Positions 23,821-37,079 are shown, numbered from the stretch's first letter. The stretch: 64,000 bases of DNA from Camelus dromedarius (GCF_036321535.1 NC_087466.1:13578001-13642000); one strand, 5' to 3'. Translations and numbers: made by a program. The notes: generated from the sequence alone by a model not told the origin.

Positions 23821-24291
23821 CTTGCACGACCAGAACGTCATCATAAAAAAGGATGGGAGGATTTGAACAGCCGAGGGACTAGCTCAGAAAACTCTTCCGC
23901 CTGGTCCCTGCAGCCTCTCCAGGGCAAACCCCAGAAAACACCCTAACACGAGCCACAGCCATGTTCCAGGGGTTTCATGCAGCGGAGATCTGCCCTTGTC
24001 GGAAAGAAGGGGGAGGGAGACAGGTTTTGTAAGAGCCACTGCGGATTATAAAGGCATTGCACTGCAGCAGGAAAACTCAAGGAGAAAACCCAAGAGGGCC
24101 AAGGAAACCACAGAGAGGTGAGAACTCAGGAGAGGAGGACCAGGACACGGCGACAGGACAAGGCAGAGTGGGGGCCGCGGCGGGGGGGCTGGAGGAAGAG
24201 TTCAGCGGTGTCCACGCTTATAGAACCCGCAGCCACCCCCGCCGAGTGCGGGGGCGGCCACCCTGCCATCCGTACGGGCAAGAGGGTCCAG

Positions 24292-24307
24292 TTAGGAGCT
24301 GAAAACC
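24292..24307 (-). CDS. NOS1: NOS1 exon 29 coding part: (E)VFSS-stop
   Basis: cag|G GTT TTC AGC TCC TAA. Completes the known nNOS C-terminus KKDTDEVFSS. Confidence 0.95.
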
Positions 24308-25263
24308 CTGTAGGAGGAGAAGTGGGGAGGGAGTTAGTGGTGCAGGAGCAAGGCTGCTCTGTTTCTCTAGAGAGACCCAGAGACAAGCACCCGAGCCCTG
24401 GCCTTTGTCTCTTATCTCCTCGGCAGCCCCAGGGTCTTGGGGCTCCTCCTGACTGGCTGAATGAACGATGAATGAATGCTCACCCACACCCACACAGCCA
24501 GCCAGGACGAGGGACATTTCAGGGAGCTCTCTGACAACTAGAGGAGCTGTGACCTCAGCCGGCTGGACCCCAAAGTCTGTTTTTGAGACTTCTGTGTCAT
24601 TGCAAGGAGGGGAGATGAGGACTCATAAGAAATGGAGTGTGCGTGCCCCACTGAGAACGAAACAGCTGAACTCCCACCAGGTTTAACATAAAGGGCACGC
24701 GGGGGTGGGTCGGAGGTATTCTGTGGAAGAGACTGGGGGAGGGACGTTACCATCCGGGGGACACGTCAAGGCAGTAACGTAAGGTTTAAATAGCGAGACT
24801 CAATCCCAGTATTCTGGTACCTCAGGCCGTTTCCGGCAATTTCGAGAGGACAAGTGAAATTTTCAAAATAATACCAAAAACGATTGGAGTTTGCATCGCT
24901 GAGAATGCCAGCAGCAGTGTGGCGGCGAGGTCGGGGGCGAGGGAGGGGATATAAACGCTAGACGTAGTGAACAGGAATAACGAATCTGCAGTGACGAGAG
25001 CCATCTGCACCGGGTGGAAGGTGACATCCAAGGGCGGGGTTCCCACACTTGTGTGTAAACACACAAACGGTTCTGTGCCCGACCCCAGTGTTTCAGACTC
25101 AGCAGGGCTGGGGCGGCCTGGGAACCTGCATTGCTAACACATTCCCAGGTGGTGCTGACAGTGCTGGGCTGGGAATGCCACGTGGGAAAACTGTGGACAG
25201 TGAAGTCAGACACCCCTGCCCGTCAGGACCCGGAACCCTGCCCATGGGATGGACCCAGCTTAC

Positions 25264-25382
25264 TCGTCAGTATCTTTTTTGCTTTCCTCGATGAAGGCAA
25301 TGGATTCAGATCTAAGGCGGTTGGTCACTTCATATGTGCGCAGGGTGACCCCAAAAATATCCTCATGGTACCGGTTGTCATC
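25264..25382 (-). CDS. NOS1: NOS1 exon 28 (119 nt): [39 protein letters not shown](E)
   Basis: Canonical AG/GT. Contains the Akt-type RLRSES phosphosite motif. Missed by the ORF track. Confidence 0.97.
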
Positions 25383-26958
25383 CTAGGGGACAGAAACAGC
25401 CAGGAAACAGACCTCAAATGCCAGCCAAAAGCACGGAGACAGGCAAACATGGTGATACCCTGGAATGGAATATCCCTAAAGAAGATGGTTTCTTAAGAAA
25501 TGAGGTATAACCCTGGGCCCCCCGGGGACCCCTCTGGTCTCCAAGACTCTGTTTTGGCAAGACCCTGTGCCCTCCAGGGCATGGGGCCTTTCTAGCCCAG
25601 CTGGCAAAGAACCCTTATGTTACCATCCAGAAACAGTGATGAGGTTCTGTCGAAACCTGTCCATTTCCCCCTTTCCACCCTTCTCCTCGATCCTGCAAGT
25701 TCAGATCTGGGCACGGCTGGGTTTAGTTTGAAACATCAGAGCCCAGAGGGGACCAGTGAAAAAGGGAGAAAAGAAAAAGTGCCCGCTTAGCGCTCAGGGG
25801 ACACCACGGTTGCCAAAGTGGAGATTTCTTGGGACACATGAGTTTATCCGAAGCTCAGCTTTGCCCAGAAACAGACAGCCAAACAAAGAACTCAAGAAAC
25901 AGCCCAAGTGACGGTGGACTTGTGGCATCTAAGAGTTTCTGTAGCCACTGGAGCTCCTCTGGCAGGACTGACGGATGGGTATTAAGAACATCTCAGAGGA
26001 TTAAACAAGGGGAAACTGCACCTCCCTGCTGAGGAGAGGTGGTGGTCGGGGAATCACACACTCATCAGAGTTAAGTTCTGGTATCATTGGTCCCAAAGGT
26101 TTTGAGGAAAGTTGCCCATCTGTAGAGTGGGTTCATTTTAAGTTGGGGTGGTTTTCCAACCTTATTCCGCAGAGTTCTGCAGAATCTACAAAAGTGTCTC
26201 CCAAGGCTCATCCCAAAGAGACCGAGTGATGGAGGTGGAGGGGCTCCACTGCTCCAAAGTTTTTGTTTTTTGTTTTTTTAACCTAATAGGATTGAACATC
26301 AGAATCAGAGCAAGGGCTTCTTCTGCAAAAATATTTTGCTTACTGCTCATTCAAGAAGTAGGGAGAAGAATGGGACCACCCCTGGAGCTCTGTGGAGGCC
26401 TGGGGCTCAGTTTATTCCCTTCGGGCAGTTGGCCATATAGTTAGCACTTGGCTTGCTGTGCTGTGACTAGCCTTTTGTGCAAATTAGGAAAAAGCACCCC
26501 TCCTTCTGGGGTGAACGCAGTTCCATGCCAAGGTGCACTGCCTGGAGAGCCAAGCTTGCGGTGGCTTTCATCCTCCACTTGTCTGCCTTGGACAAATCTT
26601 TTTGGGCAGTACCCAACCTGCGCAACTGCACAGGGCAGTGCTGCAGCTTGGTTCCAGGGCAGGAAAAGTTGGGTTAGGAGGGCTTTTGTCTAGCTGCCCA
26701 GTGGTCCACCCACTTGTTATTTTCACACATCACAGCTCCCTGCTATATTTACTACATGCAACTGCTCACCCGCCACCCTTCCTTTTCTCTCACTATGGTT
26801 TGCGACCACCTGTATCCTCTGTCCCCAGTCATAAATGGGAAAATGGGAGCAGGGATGTCATTGTGGCTCCCCTAATTGTCAAGACAGGTAAGATAAGGAA
26901 AAGGAGACAGGAAGCTGGGGGCTGGAAAAGGAATCCTAGAAGCCAGCCCATCACTCAC

Positions 26959-27153
26959 CCTCAGCCTGCTGATAAACACGCCAGCATCCTCTACCGAGAG
27001 TTTCCCCTGCTGGGTCATGATGCGCTGGATGGCTTTGAGGACATCAGCGGCCATGGTGACGTCCCCACAGACGTAAATGTGGCCCCCTTGCTCCTTCAGG
27101 GCTCGGTACACGGGTTCCGCCAGCTGCTCCTGTAGGATGTCCTGCACGTACTT
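26959..27153 (-). CDS. NOS1: NOS1 exon 27 (195 nt): KYVQDILQEQLAEPVYRALKEQGGHIYVCGDVTMA...FISRLR
   Basis: NADPH-binding YVCGD motif. Canonical splice sites. Confidence 0.97.
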
Positions 27154-28019
27154 CTGCGGGGAGCAGGAGGACCAGTGAGAAGGGGCCAGGGCTGCAGGGT
27201 GATCCTGGGTGGCTCACGTCCCCCGGGGAGCAGAGCCTGGCCCAGGGGCTCGTGGGCAGGTATATATTTTGTGCAGCGATGCAGGGGACTGGGAAGAGGG
27301 AAGCAGGGAAGGAGGGAAGGCTGATCTGAGGGTGTGATGAGCTGCTCCCTACTCTGGAGCTCAGCTCTGCTAAGGACCCTCTAGGGAGTCATGCAGCACC
27401 CACCCCAGACCCATCCCCTGGAGGGGCGTTGCCCACCCGCTCCTCTCTCTAATGGCCAGTGGTCACCCACGGGGTGTTAACGCCGGCACACGTCTGGGTG
27501 CGGGGCTGGCACTGCAGGCATCCTGTGCCAGGGCGCCAGGGCAGACAGCGAGATGGGGGCCAGGTGAGGGGCCGTCAGGTCCCACCTGGGCAAAGCCAGC
27601 TGCTGCAGTAATTGCTGGAATAAGAGAGGCGGGCTATGTGAACATCCGGTGGGCACGGGTGTCCAATCTGGCCTCTAAGGGGATTTGTCTGGTTGGCCCA
27701 GGGCATCTTTAACTTGCTCAGGAAACTTCCCCTGGGCGAGCCCAACATTCAGCTGGCACGTCCTGGCATGGCCGTACCCGCTGTTAAAACACTGATGAAC
27801 TTCCTTGCTGGTTGTCAAGCAGCCGCTGCCCAGACCGTCCGAAGGCCTGCCCGCCTCCCCTGCTGTCCTGGCCCCTTTCCTGGGACGCCCTGGGGGGGTC
27901 CAGTTGAGACCCCCCGCCGCAAGATCCACTAGGAGCGAGCTCCAGTCTCGTGTCCTGTGTCCATTCTGACTTGTCGTGTCTCTTGCTTATGGGCTGTTTA
28001 ATTTTTAAAATTCCTATCT

Positions 28020-28300
28020 CTAAACATTTTTATTGTGATACAATACGCATAACATAAAACTTATGTGTACTTTAGTATACAATACAATTCAGCGGCATTA
28101 AGTATGTTCACAACGTTGTGCAACCATCCCTGCTACCCAGTTCTAGAACCTTTTCATCCCCCCAAAGGAACCCTGTACCCATAAGGAGTCACTCCCCATC
28201 TCCCCCACTCCCTACAGCCCCCGGCAACCACAAAGCCGCTTTCTGTCTCCACGGATTTGGCTGTTCTGGATATTTCCTACAAGTGGCATTGTATAATAAG
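28020..28300 (-). mobile_element. L1MB-type 3' fragment
   Basis: cattaagtatgttcacaacgttgtgcaaccatc...agttctagaaccttttcatc...ggcaaccacaaagccgctttctgtctc. Confidence 0.7.
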
Positions 28301-28481
28301 TGCTGTTAAATATTTTAAATCAATATTTTTAGGCTCCTTGCTTCCTGAAGTACAGAGCAATGTCAGTGGAGGAGAACTGAGAAAGGGTGAGGGGGCTTCT
28401 GGGAGCAGGATGTGCCTGTGTGTGCGAGCTTGCGTGTATGTTGGGCAGGGGTGGGGGGACCATGAACGGGCTGGGGGTTAC

Positions 28482-28630
28482 CTTTGGTTTGTCGGGCTCC
28501 CGGGAGTAGGCTGTGTACAGTTCTCTGAAGACCCCCTTGCTCTTGGCCTGTAGGGTCTCCTCTCTGTAGATGTGGTCTATCTTGGACTGTCGGCACCCGA
28601 AGACCAGGACCATGGGGCAGGGACTCATTC
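28482..28630 (-). CDS. NOS1: NOS1 exon 26 (149 nt): (G)MSPCPMVLVFGCRQSKIDHIYREETLQAKSKGVFRELYTAYSREPDKPK
   Basis: LVFGCR and AYSR NADPH-domain motifs. Canonical splice sites. Confidence 0.97.
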
Positions 28631-29116
28631 CTGGGGACCGGAAAGATCTCATGTCACTGGAAGCTCTGATGCTTGACTCGGAGGGGGTGGCTGGTGGTGC
28701 CAGGGGTGCTGGGAACCTTAGCATGTGCCACGTGGGCAGAGGGACACGGACACCGGGGCCGACGGTCTGTGTATTCACGCATACATGCACTCACCGAGGG
28801 AAACGGCAAAACCAGGCAAAACCGGGCAAGTGTGTTCAGACTTCGGCAGACTTCTCTTCTCTGGGTTTTAATCCTTCCTTCCACCCCCGGCCACTGAGCA
28901 GCTCCCACCACTGGGGAGTGCTAAAAACCTCCAGACTCTGAAGCTGGACTGCTGGGTTCAAATCTCAGCCGTGTGTGATCCTGAGCAATTTACCTAACTT
29001 TCTACGTCTCCGTGTCCCAATGTACAAAATGACAGCAATAGTACCATCTAACCTCACTGGGTCATTGGGAGAAATAAATGTAAAATATGAGAACTGTGCC
29101 TGGGACACAGCGAATA

Positions 29117-29342
29117 CAGTTGTCCCTTGGTATCCACGGGGATCAGTTCCAGGACCTGCCCTGGATACCAAAACCCAGGGATGCTCAAGTCCCATGGGCG
29201 GCTCCCTGCATCTGAGGCTCTGCATTTGCGGGTTTTCAACCAACCCCAAATGGTGCAGTACCAGAAGCATGCATTTAATGAAAAAAGTCTGCATATAAGT
29301 GGACCTCTGCAGTTCAAACCCATGTCATTCAAGGGTCAACTA
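29117..29342 (+). mobile_element. Tigger-derived MITE (MER2-like)
   Basis: TIRs cagttgtccctt ... aagggtcaacta, preceded by TA. Confidence 0.75.
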
Positions 29343-29846
29343 CACTTTATACATATTAGCTATTTTATTAGAATGACGGTTTCACTGGGGCAAGCTTTGT
29401 TTTTTTTTAAAGTTGTTTCTGTCTTGTTCATTGCTATGCCTCCAGCACCCACAATCGTGTTTGGCATTCATGAGATGCTCAGTAAATCCCTGTTTAAAGC
29501 ATGTCGAAACAGTGGGTTTCTAATAAGAAAAAAAAACAAAAACAAACAAACCATCTTTTAAAAAGAACCAAAAAACCTCCTGTGGGTTTCTTTCTTTCTT
29601 TCTTTTTTTTTTTAAAGAAATGACTATTTCTAACAACAAATTGTATTTAATAGAGGAATTAACTTTAATAAGGACAGAATCTTAAGAGCCTAGAAGTCGC
29701 TAGCTACCTGGGGTACCACTGAGGGCAAAATGACTACATGTGATGTCACTGGAGGATCAGAAAGGATAAAGGTAGACAAGTACCCAGTACCGTAACGGCA
29801 TGAACTCGTCCAAGCAGTGACGGGGCTTAAAAGAGCCTCTTTTACA

Positions 29847-29975
29847 GGGAGGGTAGAGCTCAGTGGTAGAGCTCATGCTTAGCATGCAGGGGGTCCTGGG
29901 TTCAATCCCCAGTACCTCCATTAAAACAGATAAATAATTAAATAAACTTAATTACCCCCCTCCAAAGGCCTGAGG
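29847..29975 (+). mobile_element. tRNA-derived SINE, camelid Vic-1 type
   Basis: gggagggtagagctcagtggtagag...tgggttcaatccccagtacctcc, A-rich tail with cttaattacc. Confidence 0.85.
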
Positions 29976-30382
29976 AAAAGAAGCGTCTTACACAGCCTGT
30001 GGGTTTCTTTCTCTCCTCTCAAAGCTGACCTGTTGTGTCTCTCACATTGAAGCCTCTGGGACATAAACACACACCTGCTAAGGCTTAATGCTAACCCCTT
30101 CTAGGGCTGCTTACGTTTTAAGATGGGGTCCTAGTTTAGCAGTTGAAAAAAATGTCTTCTAGGGTTGGAATTACAGGCCTTGGGACAAGCTGTGTGGATT
30201 TGCTTGGGCAGGTCCTTTGAATTATACCAGGAACTTCACCCAGTGGGTCAGGTCACTACTCTGCTCCCCCAGGCCCTCCCCAGGTGGTGACACAAAGGAG
30301 AGAGAACATCGTTGTGTCTCCAGGCTGCTGGGATGCAGGCGGGCCACTCCATGGGTGGAGATCCCATGGCTGCTGGACCCAC

Positions 30383-30504
30383 CTTTGTGCTGGATATCAA
30401 ACTGCCGTTGCTGCCAGAAGCTTCGGAAAGGGGCGATGCCAGTGCCCGGGCCAACCAGGATACAGGGCACTTGGGGGTTTCGGGGCAGGTGGAAGCTGGG
30501 CGCT
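30383..30504 (-). CDS. NOS1: NOS1 exon 25 (122 nt): (G)[40 protein letters not shown](G)
   Basis: [17 protein letters not shown] motif. Canonical splice sites. Confidence 0.97.
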
Positions 30505-30732
30505 CTGGACAAGGAAGAGAGAGAGTCAGAAGGCTTGTGGAACTCAAATCTGATCAAGAACTGCTGGGTCTTAGGTAAACCAGGTGGCCATCTTGGGTAG
30601 CTCACTGGGGATCAAGTGACCCTTACCAGCGTGAAAGGTCTCATAAATTTGGGGAATTCTCCAAACAGGAGGTCCTGAGGGTCTGGTTATCGCTGCATTT
30701 CCCAATTATCCCCATTGCTGAGCTAAGCTAAG

Positions 30733-30940
30733 CAGAGTCCCTACCTTGGCACTGTTGACATTTGGGGCTGCACAATTCTCCGTGGTGGGGGCTGTCCTGT
30801 GCGTTACAGGATACTAAGTACCCAGGCCTCTACCTGTTAGATGCCAGGAGCACCTTCCGGCTGTGACAACCAAAACTATCTCTAGACATGGCCAAGCACC
30901 CCCTGGGAGGCAAAAATCACCCCTGGTTGAGAATCACTGA
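30733..30940 (-). mobile_element. MER20
   Basis: ggcactgttgacatttggggctgcacaattct...tgtgacaaccaaaactatctctagacatggcc...cctggttgagaatcactg. Confidence 0.8.
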
Positions 30941-31801
30941 ATTAACCACCCATGAGATCTTCCCACGTCAGGGAGTCACAGACTTCAGGGTACAAGAGAA
31001 TCACATGGTGATATTAAAAGGGGTGGCAGAGTCCTGGGCAATGCAGTAAGTCTGGGCTCAGGACTCCGCAGTTTTGAAGCACCCGAGGGGATTCTGATGC
31101 TGACCACACCATGACCATCCCACCCTGAACAGCTGAGAAAAATGGCCGGCCGAGTCCACTGCTGAGGTAGGGGAGTTATCGGCGGGCTAAGCAGGTACTT
31201 ACAGTGGGCTTCGGCGCAGACACACCTCTTGTTTTTTATTTTTTAAAGTTAGATTTTTTAATTTGACTGATTGATTGTGGTAGGACCACCTGACACGAAA
31301 TTGATCCCTTTAGCACATTTTTAAGTGCAAGACACGAGTAGGCAGAAACCACTTTTAAAACTGAGTCTGGGAGGAAATGCCCAGATTGATGGGGAGAGGG
31401 GTTAAATCTTCCTGGTCTCTGAGAAACTGGGAACAGATGGGGTGAGCAGCAGACTCTGGATAGAAATTCCACTAGTCTGCGAATTCCATGAAGGCCGAAG
31501 CTGCACTTGCCTGGCGTCTGCTGTAACCCCAGCATCGAGCACAGTACGCGCACTGGGTGAGGATCTGTTGCATTGACCTGAGTTTGGCTCGAGGACTTGC
31601 TTAGCTTCTGCAGTGTTACTCTGCGCCCCCCCCCGATCCTGTTTCCTGAACAACCGACCCGGAGTGGTGCAGAATGCGATCTCAATCCCGCCTGACTCCG
31701 CCGCCTCCCTAGAACCCTGCAGGCTGGACCACCCAGCCCAGCTAAAGACATCGGGATGCAGATTCGGGATGGCTGCTTATTTGTCCTCATTTGCCACTCA
31801 C

Positions 31802-31889
31802 CCTCTCACGAAACAGGGCACCGCTTCATCAGCCTGGATCCGATTCAGCCAGGAGGAGCACACGCCGTGGTGAACTGGTCCTTCTCCAT
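31802..31889 (-). CDS. NOS1: NOS1 exon 24 (88 nt): (D)[28 protein letters not shown](G)
   Basis: HHGVCS FAD-binding motif. Canonical splice sites. Missed by the ORF track. Confidence 0.97.
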
Positions 31890-32624
31890 CTAACAGAGCA
31901 ACCAAGGTGACCGGGCTCACCTTCTGCCGTCCCCCAAGCTTCCCAGTCCCTGACCTAACCCCCTCTCCAGTGCAGAAGGCTCACGGTCCCAACGCCGAAG
32001 TCTCTGCCTTAGAGTTCCTTGTCTGGATCCCTTCCTCTGAAGGGCAGGAGGAAATGGTGAAGCTGGGGTGAGCTCGTGGCTACGAAACTGCTGGACAGGT
32101 GTGGGTCAGATTCAAGTCCTGTCCACTGAAAGGGTCCTACTCAACATGCTCTCGCTAGCCTGTCGGGGTCCTCTCTCAGGCACCGTGCATTTTAACTGCT
32201 TTATCAAAGAGGGAAAACACGGGAGCAGAGGTCAGGTAAGCCGAATCATCTGTAATCAGCTAGGCATCAGGCAGCAGAGAGCTCCCCCCTCGGAGGGGAG
32301 GGGTGGTGGCGGCTTGTTCTAGCTGCTGCCTTGGGGGTATGAGGGGAGCAAGGGAGTAAAGGAGGGTCTCCGGCTTTGGGAGCAGAGGTTTCCAAGTGTG
32401 CACCTTGTTTCCGTCCTAATTCTGCACAGAGCTGGCTCTGCCTAAGGGGACAGTTTGCTGCTCTGTTTCTTTTCCCGGTTTCCTGGTCTCGGGGGGTGGG
32501 GGGTGGGGTGAGTCTCCTCCCAGGGGATTTGGGACTTGGCAGTGGTTTAGACAGATGTGCAGAGACCCCTGGAAGGTGTGTTGGGGGGAGCCGACCCGGG
32601 GGCTCGCCCAGCGCCTCTGCCNNN

Positions 32625-32835
32625 NNNNNNNNNNNNNNNNNNNNNNNNNNNNNNNNNNNNNNNNNNNNNNNNNNNNNNNNNNNNNNNNNNNNNNNNNNNN
32701 NNNNNNNNNNNNNNNNNNNNNNNNNNNNNNNNNNNNNNNNNNNNNNNNNNNNNTCTGGACGGACGGGAACTCCTCCAGCACCTCCACGATGGTGGGGTTC
32801 TTGCCCCACTTCCATTCCTCGTACTCCTGCAGTCC
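32625..32835 (-). CDS. NOS1: NOS1 exon 23; 32754-32835 visible (GLQEYEEWKWGKNPTIVEVLEEFPSVQ), remainder in an N-block
   Basis: Acceptor AG at 32836-32837. The 32625 end is inferred from the 211-nt orthologous exon and falls 3 nt inside the N-block. Confidence 0.9.
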
Positions 32836-33094
32836 CTGTGCCGAGGAGAGGGACAGAGAAGAACTCGCAGCCAGCCCCTGGAACAAGCTTCCCATGAGGG
32901 CTCGAGGAGGTCCAGGGAAGAAGGCAAATAAAAACACAGTAACAGTCAACTCTCAACACAGGAATTATTCTGTGCCGGGTTTTCATTTTTGCAAGGATCT
33001 GAGGAAATAAGTCTGATCACCATGCCTATTTTAGTGATTGGGAAACTGAGGTATATAAAAATCCCATGGTGGATACAAGGTGGTGAGTCCAGGT

Positions 33095-33413
33095 CAGGGG
33101 GTGGCAAACTTCAGCCCACAAACCAAATCTGGCTCAGTACTCACTCTGTAAGGCCCATGAGCTAAGAGTAATTTTTACATATTTAAACAGTTGGTGGGAA
33201 AACCCAATACTATTTCATGACATAAGAATATGTTATGAAATTCAAATTTCAGTGTCCACAAATAAAGTTTGATTGGAACCCAGCCATGTTCACTCATTTC
33301 TGGGTCATCTTTGCTGCTGTGCCATGGCAGAGCTGAATAGTTGTGACAAACGGACTGTGAGTCTAACATACTTACTACTGGGTCCCTTATGGAAAAAACC
33401 TTGCAGACCCCTG
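33095..33413 (+). mobile_element. MER58 (hAT-Charlie) MITE
   Basis: cagggggtggcaaac...gtgtccacaaataaagttttgattggaacccagccatg...ttgcagacccctg. Confidence 0.75.
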
Positions 33414-34968
33414 TTCTGGGCAGTCTGGCCCCAGAATCTATGCTCCTGACCATTACACTCTCCTGCCAGTTGGGGAGGTCAAGAGATACAATGGGGACGG
33501 AGTCATGACTCGCAGGTGTATGATTTGTGGGTCTGGAGGTGCCTCCTCGGAGAGTATGGGTCACATTCAAGACGGTAAATGACAACCCCGAAGGAACAGG
33601 CTGGAGTGTGGAGGACCACGTTCAGGGGTACACTGACAGCAAAGACAGCTGTTACCAGGGACCAGAGGAACTTTCTAGGGCTCTGGAGCTATTTTTTCCT
33701 ATATCTTAGAAGCTGCCCTTAGCTTATAGGAAGCTCAGATTTTAAGAAGGGTGAAGCCTACTACAAGTGACTTGTGTACCAAAGCTTCTCCCCATGTTCT
33801 TAAAGACCATCCTTGCTTTATTGATAGGGGATGGCATTCTTGAGAATGTGCCTCCCAAGGTCCCCAGCCTTACTGATCTCTAGCTGCAGGGGCGCAACTG
33901 GCCAAGAGCCCGAGCAGCTAGTCACTAAACCTGACATCCACCTTATCCCAGATGCCTCCATTCAAACTTTCTGCTCTCTCCCTCACTTGGGGTCAGGCTT
34001 GTTTTGAGGTCTGACGGTTCTCTCCACCTTATCTGACTCCTTTCCCATGGTCTCTCACACAGGGGTTTCCCCTGATAAAAATCCTCATTCTTTTAATGGA
34101 GTTTGCTCTTTTTGGAAGAAACGGATTCCTACAGTTATATCAAATTCAGCTTTAAATAATCCCATGCAAACAGTGCAAGCTCTGTTCTCTCTTCCTGTTA
34201 CCCTGCTTTCATTCATTTAAAATTTCAAAGTTGTGCATGAACAGAGTTTAAAGGTTAAATAATTCTGCAAAACTTCTGATGAAAAATAATGCTCTCCAAT
34301 CTGTGTCTAACCCCTCAGAAGTAACCATGTACCATTTATTAAGTGTTTTTTGTTTTCTGGTGTTTATTTTCATCACTCAAATAATATGCACTCCCTGAAT
34401 TAAAAAACAAACAAACAAACTTGCTGTACCACCATTCAATCCCCTCTTCTACACATGCTCCACTGATAGCTTGCTTACTGGGGAGGAGACCCGACTGGGG
34501 GAAGTCTGAATGGTCCTCCCAGCTAGGATTTTCTGCAGCAGCTTGGTTTCTAAGCAAGGGTGGTAGAAGCTAAGCTTTTTGGTTCACTTTACCATCCGAG
34601 GATGCCTAGATCTTGAAGGCATACCTATAGCTCATCAGCACTGAAAAAGGCTGATTTTTAAAACAGGGCACAGTGGGATTCTTCTAAGCATGGACTCCGA
34701 CAAAACTAATGGAAGCTCAAAGGTTCCAAAGGAAGGAGGAAAAAGAGTTAGAACAGTAATTTCTACTGCAGCCAGAGAACTTGGAGATTCAATGGGGTTA
34801 CCCTCATCCTGGCCAGGACTAGCCAATGGCGACCTTCTGCAAACTAGCGTGGCAGCCCTTGCTCAAGACTGCCATCTGCTGGACAACCGCTGTAATAACT
34901 ATACAACGCTCCAACCACAGGGGAGGCGGAAGGCGCCCCCTTGAGGTTGTCCGAGGCCAGGGACCCAC

Positions 34969-35138
34969 CTTGCTAAGGACCAGCAGACGCTGCTTCTCTT
35001 TCTCACTGGTGGCCAGGGAGGCAAACTGCTGCAGCTGCAGCGGCGTCGGCGGCGTGGTGATGTCCAGATAGTACTTGAAGGCCTGGAAGATGGTGCAGGG
35101 CGGGAGGCGATGCTCATCGGTCCAGTTACTGATAACGC
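34969..35138 (-). CDS. NOS1: NOS1 exon 22 (170 nt): (G)VISNWTDEHRLPPCTIFQAFKYYLDITTPPTPLQLQQFASLATSEKEKQRLLVLSK
   Basis: Hand translation matches nNOS. Canonical splice sites. Confidence 0.97.
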
Positions 35139-36640
35139 CTGTGGAGGCACAGGAGGTGAGACATGGGCGGGGGGAGGAGAGACTGGGCTCCGAGGACCTG
35201 GGTCCAAGTCAGGGGCGCAGCATGGGGCCTGGTGAGCTGGACTGCCCCAGAGCCAAGCAACTCCTCGGCTGTCCACCTCCCACCTCCCACATCTACACCC
35301 GGGGCCCTGGGGACTACGTGACACCTCGTGTGTGCAAGAACCATGTCCAAAATCAATTGAGCAAACTAATCCAAAAATTTAAGAATGAACAAATATTAAA
35401 ATAGCATGAGACAGTCCCCTGACATTCTATGCAGTGAGCCACCAACTTGAGCGTGAGCTGTGAGTCTATTCTGTCTCCATCTGTCCTCTCTTGGTATCAG
35501 CCTCTCACCTCTCTGAGTGGGATTCTGGTGTTTAACATGCTCAACACTCACCTAGCACTTTCTATGTGCCACATACTGTTCTCAGCACCTGATATTATTA
35601 ACTCATTTAATCCTCGCCACAATCCTAGGTCGTGGGTGCTATTATTATTTCCATGTTGCAGTTGAGGAAAATGGAAGCACAAAGAGGTTAAGGAATTTGC
35701 CCCAGGTCACACAGCTCAAACGCATAAAGTCAGGCAGTACTGCTCCAGACCATGTATTAACTACTATACAACACTGCCTTTCTGTTCTTTAATCCAGTAT
35801 ATCCCCTAAACACAAGCCTCTCCGTCATCAGGGGCTCAACTCAAGATAAAAAGTACTGTTCCAAAGTGCAGGAGGAACTGGCTGGACTGGATTTATTAAG
35901 AGAAAGTGTGTTTCTCTAGAGCAGTACCTTCCAAAGGGATTTTCACCAGAGCTTTGACTACATACTGTTCTCACATTCTGCCCTGACTTTACATCCTGGC
36001 TCATTTTTAAAGGGGACAGGTCACTGAATCACTGGGCTACCATGTATGGTCACCACAGTTCCTTGTACCTGTGGCTACTGAGATGAAACACGGAGACATT
36101 TACCTTTTGCCTTTAAAAGTTCTTTAACAGGAATGTCAAGGACGGTCACTGAAATGGGTTGGGACTTGGTCTAATGAGATTTGAAATGTGGTTCAATCAC
36201 AATGGGCCACTGAACTTTATCCAGTGCCTTTCAATTCTAAGAGGAGGCAGGGGCAGACTTCAGCTGCTATTTACTTGGCAGGCAGTGAGGCAGGGGTGAT
36301 GGAGGAAGTAAGACAAGCAGCCCCTGCTGAGATTGGTGTCCAGCTGATGAAGGAAGGGAGACACCCCTTCTCCTTGATGATAAGCCATCAATGTTGCAGC
36401 ATCACGGACGTTCACTCAGCCAGCTGGGCCAACGCTGTTTAGCCATGAGAAAGGGGGTGTCCTCTGTCTCATAAACTGGAGGGTGACAGAGACAACCCTC
36501 CTAGCTAGATTGGTGATTGGGAAGAAGAACGGGTCTCCTCTTTCCCCAGACACTCCTCTTTCTCCTCTTTCTGGGACTCCCTGGAGATGGGGAGGGCCCT
36601 TGGGAGTGGCCGGGTAGGGTACCCAGCCGACCGTAGTTAC

Positions 36641-36834
36641 CCAAAGCCGTGTTCCGTTCCTCCAGCAGCTCCACCTTCACCAGCTGGTTGACAGGGGGCG
36701 CGTCCTCCAGCCGCTCGATCAGGGCGTTCACGAGGTCCTCGTGGTTGCCCGGGAAGACGCCCAGGTGGTCCCCAGGCTGGTACTGCAGCTCCTGGTTCCC
36801 ATTGGTGTGGAGACGCACGAAGATGGTGGATCGG
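36641..36834 (-). CDS. NOS1: NOS1 exon 21 (194 nt): (S)RSTIFVRLHTNGNQELQYQPGDHLGVFPGNHEDLVNALIERLEDAPPVNQLVKVELLEERNTAL(G)
   Basis: YQPGDHLGVFP motif. Canonical splice sites. Confidence 0.97.
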
Positions 36835-37079
36835 CTGGAGGGAAGGGAGGGGGAATGAAGAGTTAAGGGCCACCGGTTCCTGCCCCCTTTCATTGCTCCT
36901 CTGTCTGTCCTTGTGGCTACAACTCCCCTCCTTCCATTCTCCTGGGGCTCATGCCAACCAGGCTTCTGTCCCCATCATACTACACCACCCACGGCTTTTA
37001 GCAAGGTCAACCATGAGCTCCTCATTGCAAATCCAGCTGCCAGTTCCCAGTGCTCATTGCGGTCACCCAAGCAGCGGTG

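Larger units (their letters stand above)
18560..24291 (-). other. NOS1: NOS1 3' UTR (exon 29 non-coding part), about 5.7 kb to the distal poly(A) site
   Basis: Follows the TAA at 24292-24294. The end is inferred from ATTAAA at 18581-18586 plus a GU-rich downstream element. Consistent with the known multi-kb NOS1 3' UTR. Confidence 0.65.

Noticed and set aside
19250-30940. Inverted MER20 pair in the NOS1 pre-mRNA (3' UTR vs intron 24) as a dsRNA/editing substrate
   Set aside because: The copies are ancient, visibly diverged and 11 kb apart, so stable pairing is unlikely.
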